Shown here piece after piece: positions 1-8,146 of a DNA stretch of 58,000 nt (position 1 is the first letter of the stretch; each line of letters opens with the position of its first letter). The DNA is taken from NCBI GenBank assembly GCA_046153015.1, contig JBJXGF010000407.1, positions 1-58,000 of the forward strand, read 5' to 3'. The stretch is from Acidimicrobiales bacterium (lineage in GTDB: Bacteria > Actinomycetota > Acidimicrobiia > Acidimicrobiales > CAIXPF01). A model generated the notes under the pieces. It had not been told where the DNA came from. It did no database searches and saw only the letters and a list, made by a program, of their open reading frames with translations. The position numbers were made by a program, and so were the translations under genes.

Positions 1-2
1 TG

Positions 3-335
3 CCGTCGCGGCGGGAGGCCCCAGCCGCGGTCGAGCCCAGCGCGCCGGCCGAGCCGGCGAGCGATGTCACGGCGGCCGGCCTCGTGCGCCGCTCGCCTCG
101 CCAGCAGGTGCAGGCCGCGGCGGGCGGCGCGGAGCCCGTGACCCGCGTGTCTGCCAGCGCCCGCAGCCCCGAGGACGTGCGGCGCCTGTTGTCTCGCTAT
201 CGGACCGGGCTGCAACGAGGTCGCGGCGGAGACCTCCAGCCCGGGACGGCCGCCGAAGCGGCGCCCCACGCCGACGAGGCCGCGTCGCCGTCGTCCCAGC
301 CGACCGCCCCGTCCCTCGCGGAGGACACCGAATGA
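3..335 (+). CDS. 3' end of a conservon-type sensor histidine kinase (CvnA-like); the 5' part lies outside the window
   Basis: The frame is open from the window edge. The low-complexity tail contains SPEDVRRLLSRYRTGLQRGR, as seen at the C-termini of kinases preceding Roadblock/DUF742/GTPase genes. Its TGA overlaps the next ATG (ATGA, 332-335). Confidence 0.5.
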   Translation, partial: PSRREAPAAVEPSAPAEPASDVTAAGLVRRSPRQQVQAAAGGAEPVTRVSASARSPEDVRRLLSRYRTGLQRGRGGDLQPGTAAEAAPHADEAASPSSQPTAPSLAEDTE

Positions 336-754
336 CCAACCTCAGCCCCGAAGCGGCCAACCTCAACTGGCTGGTGTCGAGCTTCGTCGAGCGCGTGCCC
401 GGCGTCGCCGAGGCCGTGGTGGTCTCATCCGACGGGCTTCCCATCGCCAAGTCGGTGGGCCTCGACCGCGACGCGGCCGACCGGTTCGCCGCGGTGGCGT
501 CGGGCCTGATCGGCCTGGCCTACGGCGCGGCGGGGCGCTTCGGCGGCGGTCGCGTCAACGAGGTCATCGTGGAGATGGAGAACGCCTTCCTCTTCGTCAC
601 CGGCATCAGCGACGGCTCGTGCCTCGCGGTGGTCGCCGAGGCCGAGTGCGACGTCGGCCTCGTCGGCTATGAGATGGCGCTGCTGTCGGAGAAGACCGGG
701 CCGGCCCTCACGCCTGAGCTGCGGGCCGAGCTGCAGGCGGCGCTGCTGCGATGA
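332..754 (+). CDS. cvnB: Roadblock/LC7 domain protein (conservon component B)
   Basis: 140 aa. It has NLNWLVSSFVERVPGV...AVVVSSDGLPIA...FLFV, typical of Roadblock/LC7 (MglB-like) proteins. It is translationally coupled to the upstream ORF. Confidence 0.9.
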   Translation: MTNLSPEAANLNWLVSSFVERVPGVAEAVVVSSDGLPIAKSVGLDRDAADRFAAVASGLIGLAYGAAGRFGGGRVNEVIVEMENAFLFVTGISDGSCLAVVAEAECDVGLVGYEMALLSEKTGPALTPELRAELQAALLR

Positions 755-812
755 GCCGCCTCGTCCCCCGCCCGCGGGCCCTGGGCCCGCCGACCAACCC
801 CCGACTCGAGCC

Positions 813-1181
813 ATGACCGACGGCGACGAGCTCGCGAACGACGCCCTCTCCGGGCGGATCCGGCCCTACGCCCTCACCGGCGGCCGCACCCGCTCCGAGG
901 TCGAGCTGCCCCTCGAGACGCTGGTGCGGCGCACCGCGCTCGGCGCCGGCGCCGTCGAGCGTCTGGTCCACGAACGGCGTCGGATCCTCGAGCTCGCCGC
1001 GGCCCCTCTCTCCATCGCCGAGATCTCGGCGTACCTAGGCGTGCACCTCGGCGTCGCCCGCGTGCTCGTTGGCGACATGAAGGCCGAGGGCCTACTCGAC
1101 GTGCACCGGCCGCCCACCCCCGGCGACCGACCGGACATCAAGCTCCTCGAAAGGGTCCTCGATGGTCTTCAGGCGCTCTGA
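813..1181 (+). CDS. cvnC: DUF742 domain protein (conservon component C)
   Basis: IRPYALTGGRTRS...LSIAEISAYLGVHLGVARVLVGDM is the DUF742 signature. The ATG at 813 was chosen inside the longer 669-1181 ORF because the upstream part is Pro/Arg-rich. Confidence 0.8.
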   Translation: MTDGDELANDALSGRIRPYALTGGRTRSEVELPLETLVRRTALGAGAVERLVHERRRILELAAAPLSIAEISAYLGVHLGVARVLVGDMKAEGLLDVHRPPTPGDRPDIKLLERVLDGLQAL

Positions 1182-1785
1182 GGCCTCACGACGCCAGCCG
1201 CCCCCCGAGCCGGCGGCCGCGCCGCTGCCGGTCAAGATCATCATCGCCGGCGGCTTCGCAGTGGGCAAAACCACGTTCGTGGGCGCGATCTCCGAGATCA
1301 CCCCGCTCACCACCGAGGCGGCCATGACCTCGGTGGCCGACGGGGTGGACGACCCGGGCTCCGCCCAGGCGAAGACCCACACCACCGTGGCGCTCGACTT
1401 CGGCCGCATCACGCTCGGCGAAGACCTGATCCTCTACCTGTTCGGCACCCCTGGCCAGGACCGATTCCGGTTCCTATGGGACGACCTGGTGCGCGGCGCG
1501 ATCGGCGCCGTGGTGCTGGTCGACACCACCCGCCTCGCCGACTGCTTCCCCGCCGTCGACTACTTCGAGGGCTCGGGCATACCGTTCATCGTGGCGGTGA
1601 ACTGCTTCAACGGCGTCATCTCCCACCGTCTAGAGGACGTGCGCGAGGCGTTGGCGGTGCCCGCCGACGTGCCGATGCTCTACATCGACGCCAGGGAGCG
1701 GCCCTCGGCCAAGACGGCGCTGATCGACGTGGTGCAGCACGCGCTGGTGCGGGCCACCGGCGACCCGGCGGCCGCCCGGAGCTGA
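1162..1785 (+). CDS. cvnD: small Ras-like GTPase / ATP-GTP-binding protein (conservon component D)
   Basis: It has the P-loop GGFAVGKTTF and DxxG (FGTPGQ), with the architecture typical of the fourth conservon gene. It overlaps cvnC by 20 nt. Confidence 0.9.
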   Translation: MVFRRSEASRRQPPPEPAAAPLPVKIIIAGGFAVGKTTFVGAISEITPLTTEAAMTSVADGVDDPGSAQAKTHTTVALDFGRITLGEDLILYLFGTPGQDRFRFLWDDLVRGAIGAVVLVDTTRLADCFPAVDYFEGSGIPFIVAVNCFNGVISHRLEDVREALAVPADVPMLYIDARERPSAKTALIDVVQHALVRATGDPAAARS

Positions 1786-1845
1786 GCCCCCCGCCACCGG
1801 CTGGGGCCCGTCTCCAGCCGGGATTCGGGTTCTCGATCGTTGAGC

Positions 1846-1967
1846 GGGAGCAAACGTCACGGGCCCGCCGGCAGAAGCGCCCGAATTGTCGACGCTGCGT
1901 GAGGGTGCTTTCTCGGAGTGTCGACAATCGAGGCGTTTGCCGTCGCAGAGCCGTGACGTTTGCTCCC
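1846..1967. repeat. 122-nt near-perfect long palindrome (intergenic)
   Basis: The perfect 17-bp arms gggagcaaacgtcacgg (1846-1862) and ccgtgacgtttgctccc (1951-1967) are separated by 88 nt. Nested inner arms (cgaattgtcgac / gtcgacaatcg, ggcagaagcgcc / ggcgtttgcc) make most of the interval self-complementary. Confidence 0.85.
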
Positions 1968-2076
1968 ACTCATGTGGTTCACGGCCGTCAACGTGGCCGA
2001 TGACGGGCCGCGACTCGTATCAACGGCGAGCCGGGTGCGCTCACTACCGGGGTCCGACCACTAAGGGGGAACCACC

Positions 2077-3864
2077 GTGCACGTCGAGCGAGAGCCTTTG
2101 CCTCAGTTGACCCGTCGAGCGGTCCTGCTCGGCGGCGCCGCCGCCGTCGCCGCCCTGGCGAGGGTCGGCGGGTTCGGGGGCATGGTCGGCGCGGCGGGCG
2201 CCGTCACCGCGGGGGCGCCCTGGATCGCGAGGCACGGGATCGACGCCGCCGCCTACCAGGCCGCGTTCGACGCCAACCTCGCCGCCGGGTACCGCCTGGT
2301 GCACGTGGCCGGCTACGACACACCGGCAGGCGCGCGCTACGCGGCGATCTGGGAGAAGGCGGCCGGCCCGGCGTGGGCGGCCCGTCACGGCCTCGACTCG
2401 GCGGGCTATCAGGCGGCGTTCACCTCGTTCGCGCAGCAGGGCTACCGCCTGCGCACGGTCAGCGGCTACGCGGTGGGCGGCGTGGTCCGCTACGCCGCGG
2501 TGTGGGAGCAGGCGGGCGGGCCGGCGTGGACCGCCCGCCACGGCCTCACCGCGGCCCAGCACCAGAGCGAGTTCGACGCGCTCCTCGCCAACGGCTATCG
2601 GCCCGTGCACGTGTGCGGCTACGCCACCCTGCAAGGGCCCCGCTTCGCCTCGATCTACGAGCAGACGGGCGGGCCGGCGTACGAGGCGCGCCACGGCCTG
2701 GCCGGGGTCACCTACCAGGAGGCGGTCGACACCTGGGCGGTCTGGGGCATGCGGCCCGTCACCGTCTCGGGCTACTTCGACGGCGCCCGCGACCGCTACG
2801 CCACGATCTGGCAGGCGGACGGGCCGGCGGCGGCCAGCCTTCTCGGCCTGCAGGGTGTGATCGACCGGTTCGTCAGCACCCGCGCCGGCGCCGCCTCCCA
2901 GTTCGCGTTCGCCAAGGCGGGGCGTCTCGTCTACGCCCGTTCGTTCGGCGTGGTGGACCCCGCCGGCAGCGAGCCGGTGAGCCTGCGCCATCGGCTGCGC
3001 ATCGCCAGCGTCTCCAAGCCGGTCACCGCGGCGGCGGTCTTCTCCCTCGTGGACGCGGGGAGGCTCACGCTCGACCAGCGGGTGTTCGGCTCGGGCGAGA
3101 TCCTCGGCGCCACCTACGGAACCAAGCCCTACAACAACCACCTGCGGGCCATCACCGTGCGCCATCTGCTCGAGCACAGCGTGGGCACGTGGACCAACGA
3201 CGCCAACGACCCGATGTTCCTGGCCAACAACCTCACGCAGGCGCAGATCATCACGACGACGCTCGACACTCGGCCGCCCACCCAGGCGCCCGGGGCCGGG
3301 TTCCTGTACTCGAACTTCGGCTACTGCCTGCTCGGCCGGGTCATCGAAGCGGCGAGCGGCCAGAGCTACGCCGCCTACACCTCGGCGGTGCTGGCCGGCG
3401 CCGGCGTGACCCGCATGGCCATCGCCGGCAACACGCTCGCCGAGCGCCAGCCCGACGAGGTGGTCTACCAGGGCCGGGACGGCGCCGACCCCTACAGGTG
3501 GAACATCGCCCGCATGGACAGCCACGGCGGCTGGATCGGCGCCGCGCCCGACCTCGTCCGCTTCGCCCTGCGCGTCGACGGACGCACCCCGCCAGCCGAC
3601 ACCCTCTCGGCCGCGTCGCAGGCGGCGATGGACCAGCCCTCCACCGACGGCCGGGCAGCCCGCGGCTGGCTGGTGAACGGGGCCAACCGCTGGCACAACG
3701 GGGCGCTCGACGGCACGTCGGCCATCCTCGTGCGCACTGGCGACCTCTGCTGGGCCGGCCTGCTCAACACCCGCGACGCATCGCTCGTCGGCGATCTCGA
3801 CGCCATGATGTGGAACGCGGTGGGCGCCGTGAGCCGCTGGCCCGACAGCGCGCTCGCCGGCTGA
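2077..3864 (+). CDS. Tat-secreted serine hydrolase with four N-terminal ~51-aa tandem repeats plus a beta-lactamase/PBP-fold domain
   Basis: A GTG start follows the RBS aaggggga. It has a twin-arginine signal (LTRRAVLLGGAAAVAAL). Four repeats have the form P-x-W-x-ARHG...GYR...YAA-W-E. Beta-lactamase-family motifs are SVSK (SxxK), YSN (YxN) and HGG (HxG). Confidence 0.85.
   Translation: MHVEREPLPQLTRRAVLLGGAAAVAALARVGGFGGMVGAAGAVTAGAPWIARHGIDAAAYQAAFDANLAAGYRLVHVAGYDTPAGARYAAIWEKAAGPAWAARHGLDSAGYQAAFTSFAQQGYRLRTVSGYAVGGVVRYAAVWEQAGGPAWTARHGLTAAQHQSEFDALLANGYRPVHVCGYATLQGPRFASIYEQTGGPAYEARHGLAGVTYQEAVDTWAVWGMRPVTVSGYFDGARDRYATIWQADGPAAASLLGLQGVIDRFVSTRAGAASQFAFAKAGRLVYARSFGVVDPAGSEPVSLRHRLRIASVSKPVTAAAVFSLVDAGRLTLDQRVFGSGEILGATYGTKPYNNHLRAITVRHLLEHSVGTWTNDANDPMFLANNLTQAQIITTTLDTRPPTQAPGAGFLYSNFGYCLLGRVIEAASGQSYAAYTSAVLAGAGVTRMAIAGNTLAERQPDEVVYQGRDGADPYRWNIARMDSHGGWIGAAPDLVRFALRVDGRTPPADTLSAASQAAMDQPSTDGRAARGWLVNGANRWHNGALDGTSAILVRTGDLCWAGLLNTRDASLVGDLDAMMWNAVGAVSRWPDSALAG
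2218..2823 (+). repeat. coding tandem repeats (4 x ~150 nt) inside the hydrolase gene
   Basis: The four repeat units begin PWIARHGIDAAAYQAAFDANLAAGYRLVHVAGY, PAWAARHGLDSAGYQAAFTSFAQQGYRLRTVSGY, PAWTARHGLTAAQHQSEFDALLANGYRPVHVCGY and PAYEARHGLAGVTYQEAVDTWAVWGMRPVTVSGY. Confidence 0.85.
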
Positions 3865-3929
3865 GGGCGGGCCGAGGTCGCCCCGCGCCGCGGGCCGCGC
3901 CGCTAGCCTCTACCCGCGTAGGAGGTTGC

Positions 3930-4883
3930 ATGCGCAAGGCGTTGGTGTGCGGTGCGGGCGGCTTCATCGGCGCCCATCTGGTCCGCCGGCTGGTCGGCGA
4001 GGGCGCGTGGGTGCGCGGGGTCGACGTGAAGGAGCCGGAGTTCTCACCCAGCGCCGCCCATGAGTTCGTGCTGGCCGACCTGCGCGAGCGCGACGAGTGC
4101 GCCAAGGCCGTGCACGGCGGGTTCGACGAGGTCTACCAGCTCGCCGCCGACATGGGCGGCATGGGCTTCATCCACTCGGCGGTGTGCGAGATCATGCGCA
4201 ACAACGTGCTGATCAACGTGCACATGATCGACGCCGCCGCCGAGGCCGGGGTGAGCAGCTACTTCTACTCCTCCTCGGTGTGCGTGTATCGAGACATGGC
4301 GCCGGGGGAGCCGGAGCTGTCCGAGGCCGAGGCGTACCCGGCGCTGCCCGACAACGACTACGGGTGGGAGAAGCTCTACTCCGAGCGGGTGGTCACCGCC
4401 TACGGCGAGCGCCACGGCATTCGGACCAGGATCGCCCGCTTCCAGAACACCTACGGCCCGGAGGGCACCTGGACCGGCGGCCGGGAGAAGGCCCCGGCGG
4501 CGATCTGCCGCAAGGTGGCCGAGGCGGCCGACGGGGGCGAGGTGGAGATCTGGGGCGACGGCAGCGCGATCCGCTCCTACACCTACGTCGACGACCTGCT
4601 CGACGGGATCCTGCTGCTGATGGCCTCCGAGCGGGCCGAACCGGTGAACATCGGCAACCCCGAGTACGTGTCGGTGCGCGATCTCGTCGACACGGTCGCC
4701 GCGGTGGCCGGCAAGCGGGTCACGATCCGCTCGGTCGACGGCCCCGTCGGGGTCCAGTCCCGCAACTTCTCCAACGCGGCCATCGAGGCGCTCGGCTTCC
4801 GGGCCCGCTACCCGCTGAACCGCGGGATCGAGCTCACCTACCCGTGGGTCGAGGCGCAGGTGAAGGCCGCCGCCCGGGGCTGA
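3930..4883 (+). CDS. NAD-dependent epimerase/dehydratase (GDP-mannose 3,5-epimerase-like SDR)
   Basis: The ATG at 3930 is preceded by ggagg. It has the GAGGFIG Rossmann motif and the YGWEK (YxxxK) catalytic motif. The 2373-4883 ORF is an over-extension. Confidence 0.9.
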   Translation: MRKALVCGAGGFIGAHLVRRLVGEGAWVRGVDVKEPEFSPSAAHEFVLADLRERDECAKAVHGGFDEVYQLAADMGGMGFIHSAVCEIMRNNVLINVHMIDAAAEAGVSSYFYSSSVCVYRDMAPGEPELSEAEAYPALPDNDYGWEKLYSERVVTAYGERHGIRTRIARFQNTYGPEGTWTGGREKAPAAICRKVAEAADGGEVEIWGDGSAIRSYTYVDDLLDGILLLMASERAEPVNIGNPEYVSVRDLVDTVAAVAGKRVTIRSVDGPVGVQSRNFSNAAIEALGFRARYPLNRGIELTYPWVEAQVKAAARG

Positions 4884-4909
4884 GCGGGCCCGCGGGCGGC
4901 CGGCTGGCG

Positions 4910-5131
4910 CTACGGCTCGAGCTCGCCGACCTCGTGCTTGAACGAGAGCCGCACCTTCGAGCGGTAGGCGAGCACCTTGCCGTCCTCGATCAGCACGTCC
5001 ATCTCGGTCACCTCGGCCACCCGGAGATCGCGCAGCGTCTTGGCGGCCTCGGCGATGGCGTTGGCGGTGGCCTTCTCCCACGACTCGCTGCTCGAGCCGA
5101 TCAGCTCGATCACGTTGTAGACGCTGTTCAT
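4910..5131 (-). CDS. dodecin-family (flavin-binding) small protein
   Basis: 73 aa: MNSVYNVIELIGSSSESWEKATANAIAEAAKTLRDLRVAEV...VRLSFK, the typical dodecin signature. It is the only credible part of the 4910-5989 ORF. Confidence 0.85.
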   Translation of the reverse strand: MNSVYNVIELIGSSSESWEKATANAIAEAAKTLRDLRVAEVTEMDVLIEDGKVLAYRSKVRLSFKHEVGELEP

Positions 5132-5230
5132 CTCGCTCCTCTTGTTTTCGCCCCAGGCCGGGCGCCGAGCTCGCCGGCATGGTATCTCTAGGCGCCCCTG
5201 CGTGGGGATGAGCACCACGGGTGGTGACGC

Positions 5231-5983
5231 ATGGCGACTCCGATGCGCTTCGGGGAGCAGTTCGACGTAGACAGCGTCTACAAGGTGATCCAGCTGGTGG
5301 GGAGCCATCCCGACTCGTGGGAGGCGGCCGCGGAGGCGGCGCTGCAGGAGGCGATGAAGACGATCCGCGATCTGCGGGTCGCGCAGGTGATCGAGATGGA
5401 CACCCATCTCCTCGACGGGGTCATCCACCAGTACCGGGTACGTCTGAAGGTGTCGTTCCGGGTGGACCGGGGCCGCCGGGCGCCCACCGGTGAGCGGGTG
5501 GAGGTGCGCCGCTACCTGGTGGTGGCCAACCAGACCACCGGCGGGGCCGAGCTCAACGCCGCGATCGAGAAGCGGGTGGCCGCCGGGCCGAGCGAGTTCC
5601 ACGTGCTGGTCCCGGCCACCTGGTCGAAGGACTACGCCGCCGCCCGCCGGCTCACCAGCCTCGGCGTGGACCCCGCCTCGGGTTTCGCGGTGGCCGACCT
5701 CAGCGTGCTGAACGCGGCCGATGAGGAGGGCGAGCGGATCGCCCGCGAGCGGCTCGACCGCCAGCTCGCCCAGCTGCGCAGCGTCGGCGCCCATCCCACC
5801 GGCGAGGTCGGCCCCGCCGACCCGATCGGCGCGATCGCCGCCGTGCTCAGCCGCGGCTCGTTCGACGAGATCATCCTCTCCACCCTCCACGCCTCGGCGT
5901 CGCGCTGGCTGCGCATGGACCTGCCGAGCCGCGTCGAACGCCGCTTCGGCCTGCCGGTCACCGTGATCGAAAGCGAACGCTGA
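5231..5983 (+). CDS. dodecin domain fused to a C-terminal USP-like alpha/beta domain
   Basis: The N-terminal ~75 aa are paralogous to the divergent dodecin (VYKVIQLVGSHPDSWEAAAEAALQEAMKTIRDLRVAQV...VRLKVSFRV). The C-terminal ~160 aa (YLVVANQTTGGAEL...EFHVLVPA...FDEIILST) resemble actinobacterial USP-like domains of unknown function. Confidence 0.8.
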   Translation: MATPMRFGEQFDVDSVYKVIQLVGSHPDSWEAAAEAALQEAMKTIRDLRVAQVIEMDTHLLDGVIHQYRVRLKVSFRVDRGRRAPTGERVEVRRYLVVANQTTGGAELNAAIEKRVAAGPSEFHVLVPATWSKDYAAARRLTSLGVDPASGFAVADLSVLNAADEEGERIARERLDRQLAQLRSVGAHPTGEVGPADPIGAIAAVLSRGSFDEIILSTLHASASRWLRMDLPSRVERRFGLPVTVIESER

Positions 5984-6025
5984 CCCCAACCCGTATCAGG
6001 CCGGCGGCCAGGGCCTCGATGTGAC

Positions 6026-6214
6026 ATGACCCAGAAGAAGCAGCTTGTTGGCCTGGTCGCGCTAGTGGTCGCGGTCGGCGTGGCGGCCGGTGTGATCTCC
6101 GGCCTGACCGGCGTCGGCGAAACGATCGGACCTCTGGTGGCGGGCGCGCTCGCCGGCGTGGTGGCCCCCGTCATTCTGGGCCGGCGCCGCCAGCAGCAAC
6201 GCAATGCCGGCTGA
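6026..6214 (+). CDS. possible small membrane protein
   Basis: 62 aa with two hydrophobic Gly/Val/Ala-rich segments followed by RRRQQQR. It has no recognisable family and a weak RBS. Confidence 0.3.
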   Translation: MTQKKQLVGLVALVVAVGVAAGVISGLTGVGETIGPLVAGALAGVVAPVILGRRRQQQRNAG

Positions 6215-6244
6215 GTGAGCGCGCCGGCGGCGCCGCCCGTGGGG

Positions 6245-7318
6245 TCAGGCCGGCTTGTGGGACACGAAGTAGGTGTTCATGCGGTCGAAGGGCCTCGTGG
6301 TGACCGTGGTGTCTCGGAACCCGGCGGTGTGCAGGCGCTCGCGGGCCAGCTGCTCGCCCCACGCGCTGCCCAGGCCTTCACCGCCGTACGCGAGCGAGAC
6401 CGGCATGCAGTGCATGGTCGACACGCTGTAGATGAACGGACCCATCGGGTGGGCGAGGTTGTCGGCGAGGACGCTCGACGCCCTGGGCTCGACGCAGAGG
6501 TACGCGCCGCCGGGGCGCACCGCGGCGAACACCCCTTGCAGCATTCGGCCGCAATGGGCCTGGTCGTGGATGGCGTCGAAGCTCGTGACGTAGTCGAAGC
6601 GAGCTTCGAGCCCCAGGTCTGCGGCGTCGCGCCGTTCGAAGCGGGCGTTGGCCAGTCCCGCCGCGCCGGCCTCGGCCGCCGCGGCGCGGATCGCCTCCTC
6701 GGAGAAGTCGAACCCGACGAACTGGGATCGCGGGAACGCTGCGGCGAGCAGCAGCACGGCGCGGCCCCGACCGCAGCCGACGTCGGCCAGCTCACCGCCG
6801 TCGCGCAGCTTCTCCACCGCGCCGGGCAGGAGCGGGATGACCTGGTCGACCAACCCGAGGGTGAAGCGAAGCCCGCTCGTCTCGGCCATCAGCTCCACGA
6901 AGCGGGCGTAGCGGTCGTACGGAACGCCGCCGCCTGACCGGAACGCCTCGACGATCTCGGTCTCCACCTCGCCGAACTGGCCGATGAACTGGCAGTAGTG
7001 GGAGATCGCCGTCGGGCCGGCGGCCTTGGTGAGCAGGCCCGCGTGCTCGGCGGGGAGGCGGAACGTGTTGCGCCCGGGGTCGTGCTCGACGATGCCTCCG
7101 CAGGCCATGGCCGCCAGCCATTCCCGCACGTACCGCTCGTTCAGCCCCGCCGCATCAGCGATGTCCGCCGAGGTGGCCGCAAGCATCGACGCCATGGTGT
7201 CGAACAGCCCGGTGCGCCGGCCGATGCTGCACATGAGCGCCAGCGCGCCCCCGTTGAGCACGCCCATCATCGTGGCGGCGAACGCGTCGGCCTTGTCCTG
7301 GTCGAACGCCGCGCTCAC
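6245..7318 (-). CDS. SAM-dependent methyltransferase with an N-terminal winged-helix-like domain
   Basis: It has the SAM motif LADVGCGRGRAV and DYVTSFDAIHD. The GTG start at 7318 overlaps the stop of the upstream hydrolase (GTGA). The 432-aa ORF extension is Arg/Pro-rich. Confidence 0.85.
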   Translation of the reverse strand: MSAAFDQDKADAFAATMMGVLNGGALALMCSIGRRTGLFDTMASMLAATSADIADAAGLNERYVREWLAAMACGGIVEHDPGRNTFRLPAEHAGLLTKAAGPTAISHYCQFIGQFGEVETEIVEAFRSGGGVPYDRYARFVELMAETSGLRFTLGLVDQVIPLLPGAVEKLRDGGELADVGCGRGRAVLLLAAAFPRSQFVGFDFSEEAIRAAAAEAGAAGLANARFERRDAADLGLEARFDYVTSFDAIHDQAHCGRMLQGVFAAVRPGGAYLCVEPRASSVLADNLAHPMGPFIYSVSTMHCMPVSLAYGGEGLGSAWGEQLARERLHTAGFRDTTVTTRPFDRMNTYFVSHKPA

Positions 7319-8127
7319 GACAGCGGGTGGCGGGCGAAGAACGCGGCCAGCTCGCCGGCGAGGGGAGCGGGGTTGCACATCTGCAGCATGTGCGTGGCGT
7401 CGCTCAGCACGTAGCCGGTGACGTTGGGCAGGTGCTGCTGCTGCCAGGTGAAGCCCTGCTGGAACAGCTCCGACGAGTCGGCGCCGACCACGGCGAGGCT
7501 GGGCTGGGTCACCTGTGCGGCGTCGGCGGTGGTGAAGCTCCACTCGCCGAGGGCGGGCAGCTCGACCTCGAAGAACTGGTCGATGTCGGCGACGGCCCGT
7601 TCGAACCAGCCGGAGCGGAGCGTCTTGTCGAGCGTGGGCCGGTAGTCGGGCCCGCCGACCGCCTGGAGGAACGCGTCGGTGGCCCCGGTCTTGTCGCCGC
7701 CCTGCCAGATGGCGGCGATCGTCGCGGCGCCCTCGGCGAAGCCGGCCGCGGCGGGCACGTCGAAGATGCCCGGCTCCAGCAGGCCGAGGGTGTGCACCAC
7801 CGCGGGGTCGTCGAGCGCGAGCTGCAGCGCGGTGGAGCCGCCGTAGGAATGGCCGACGATGTGGGCCCGCTCGACGCCGAAGTGGGCGAGCACGGCCCGG
7901 GCGTCGGCCGCCTGCTGGGCGATCGAGAACGGCCCGCTGTGCTTGACGGTGCCCGAGAAGCCGCGGCGGCGGTAGTAGATCAGCCGATGGCGGGCGGCCA
8001 GCGCCGGTTCGGTCCGGAACGGGTCGTACGCGTCGTCGATGAACGCGCCGTGGATCAGAAGCACCGGGTCGCCCGAGCCGACCGCCTCACCCTCGAGGTT
8101 GCCGCCGGCGACGGGAATGCGTTCCAT
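7315..8127 (-). CDS. alpha/beta hydrolase (tandem copy 2)
   Basis: 270 aa starting MERIPVAGG, with the nucleophile elbow GHSYGG and LLIHG. It is a paralog of the gene immediately upstream. Confidence 0.9.
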   Translation of the reverse strand: MERIPVAGGNLEGEAVGSGDPVLLIHGAFIDDAYDPFRTEPALAARHRLIYYRRRGFSGTVKHSGPFSIAQQAADARAVLAHFGVERAHIVGHSYGGSTALQLALDDPAVVHTLGLLEPGIFDVPAAAGFAEGAATIAAIWQGGDKTGATDAFLQAVGGPDYRPTLDKTLRSGWFERAVADIDQFFEVELPALGEWSFTTADAAQVTQPSLAVVGADSSELFQQGFTWQQQHLPNVTGYVLSDATHMLQMCNPAPLAGELAAFFARHPLS

Positions 8128-8146
8128 TGGTTCTTCTCCTGTTCGG

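Noticed and set aside
2044-3696. 550-aa minus-strand ORF antisense to the secreted hydrolase gene. Analogous long ORFs include 11144-13054 (-), 19511-21004 (+), 33928-36198 (-), 44447-46807 (-) and 54999-56102 (-).
   Set aside because: They are extremely Arg/Gly/Pro/Ala-rich with no motifs, and they lie antisense to or out of frame with genes that carry clear family signatures. This is the typical open-frame artefact of >70 % GC DNA.
5132-5230. Looked for an FMN (RFN) riboswitch between the two flavin-binding dodecin genes.
   Set aside because: The spacer is only 99 nt and lacks the conserved RFN core elements I remember. A covariance-model scan would be needed to be certain.
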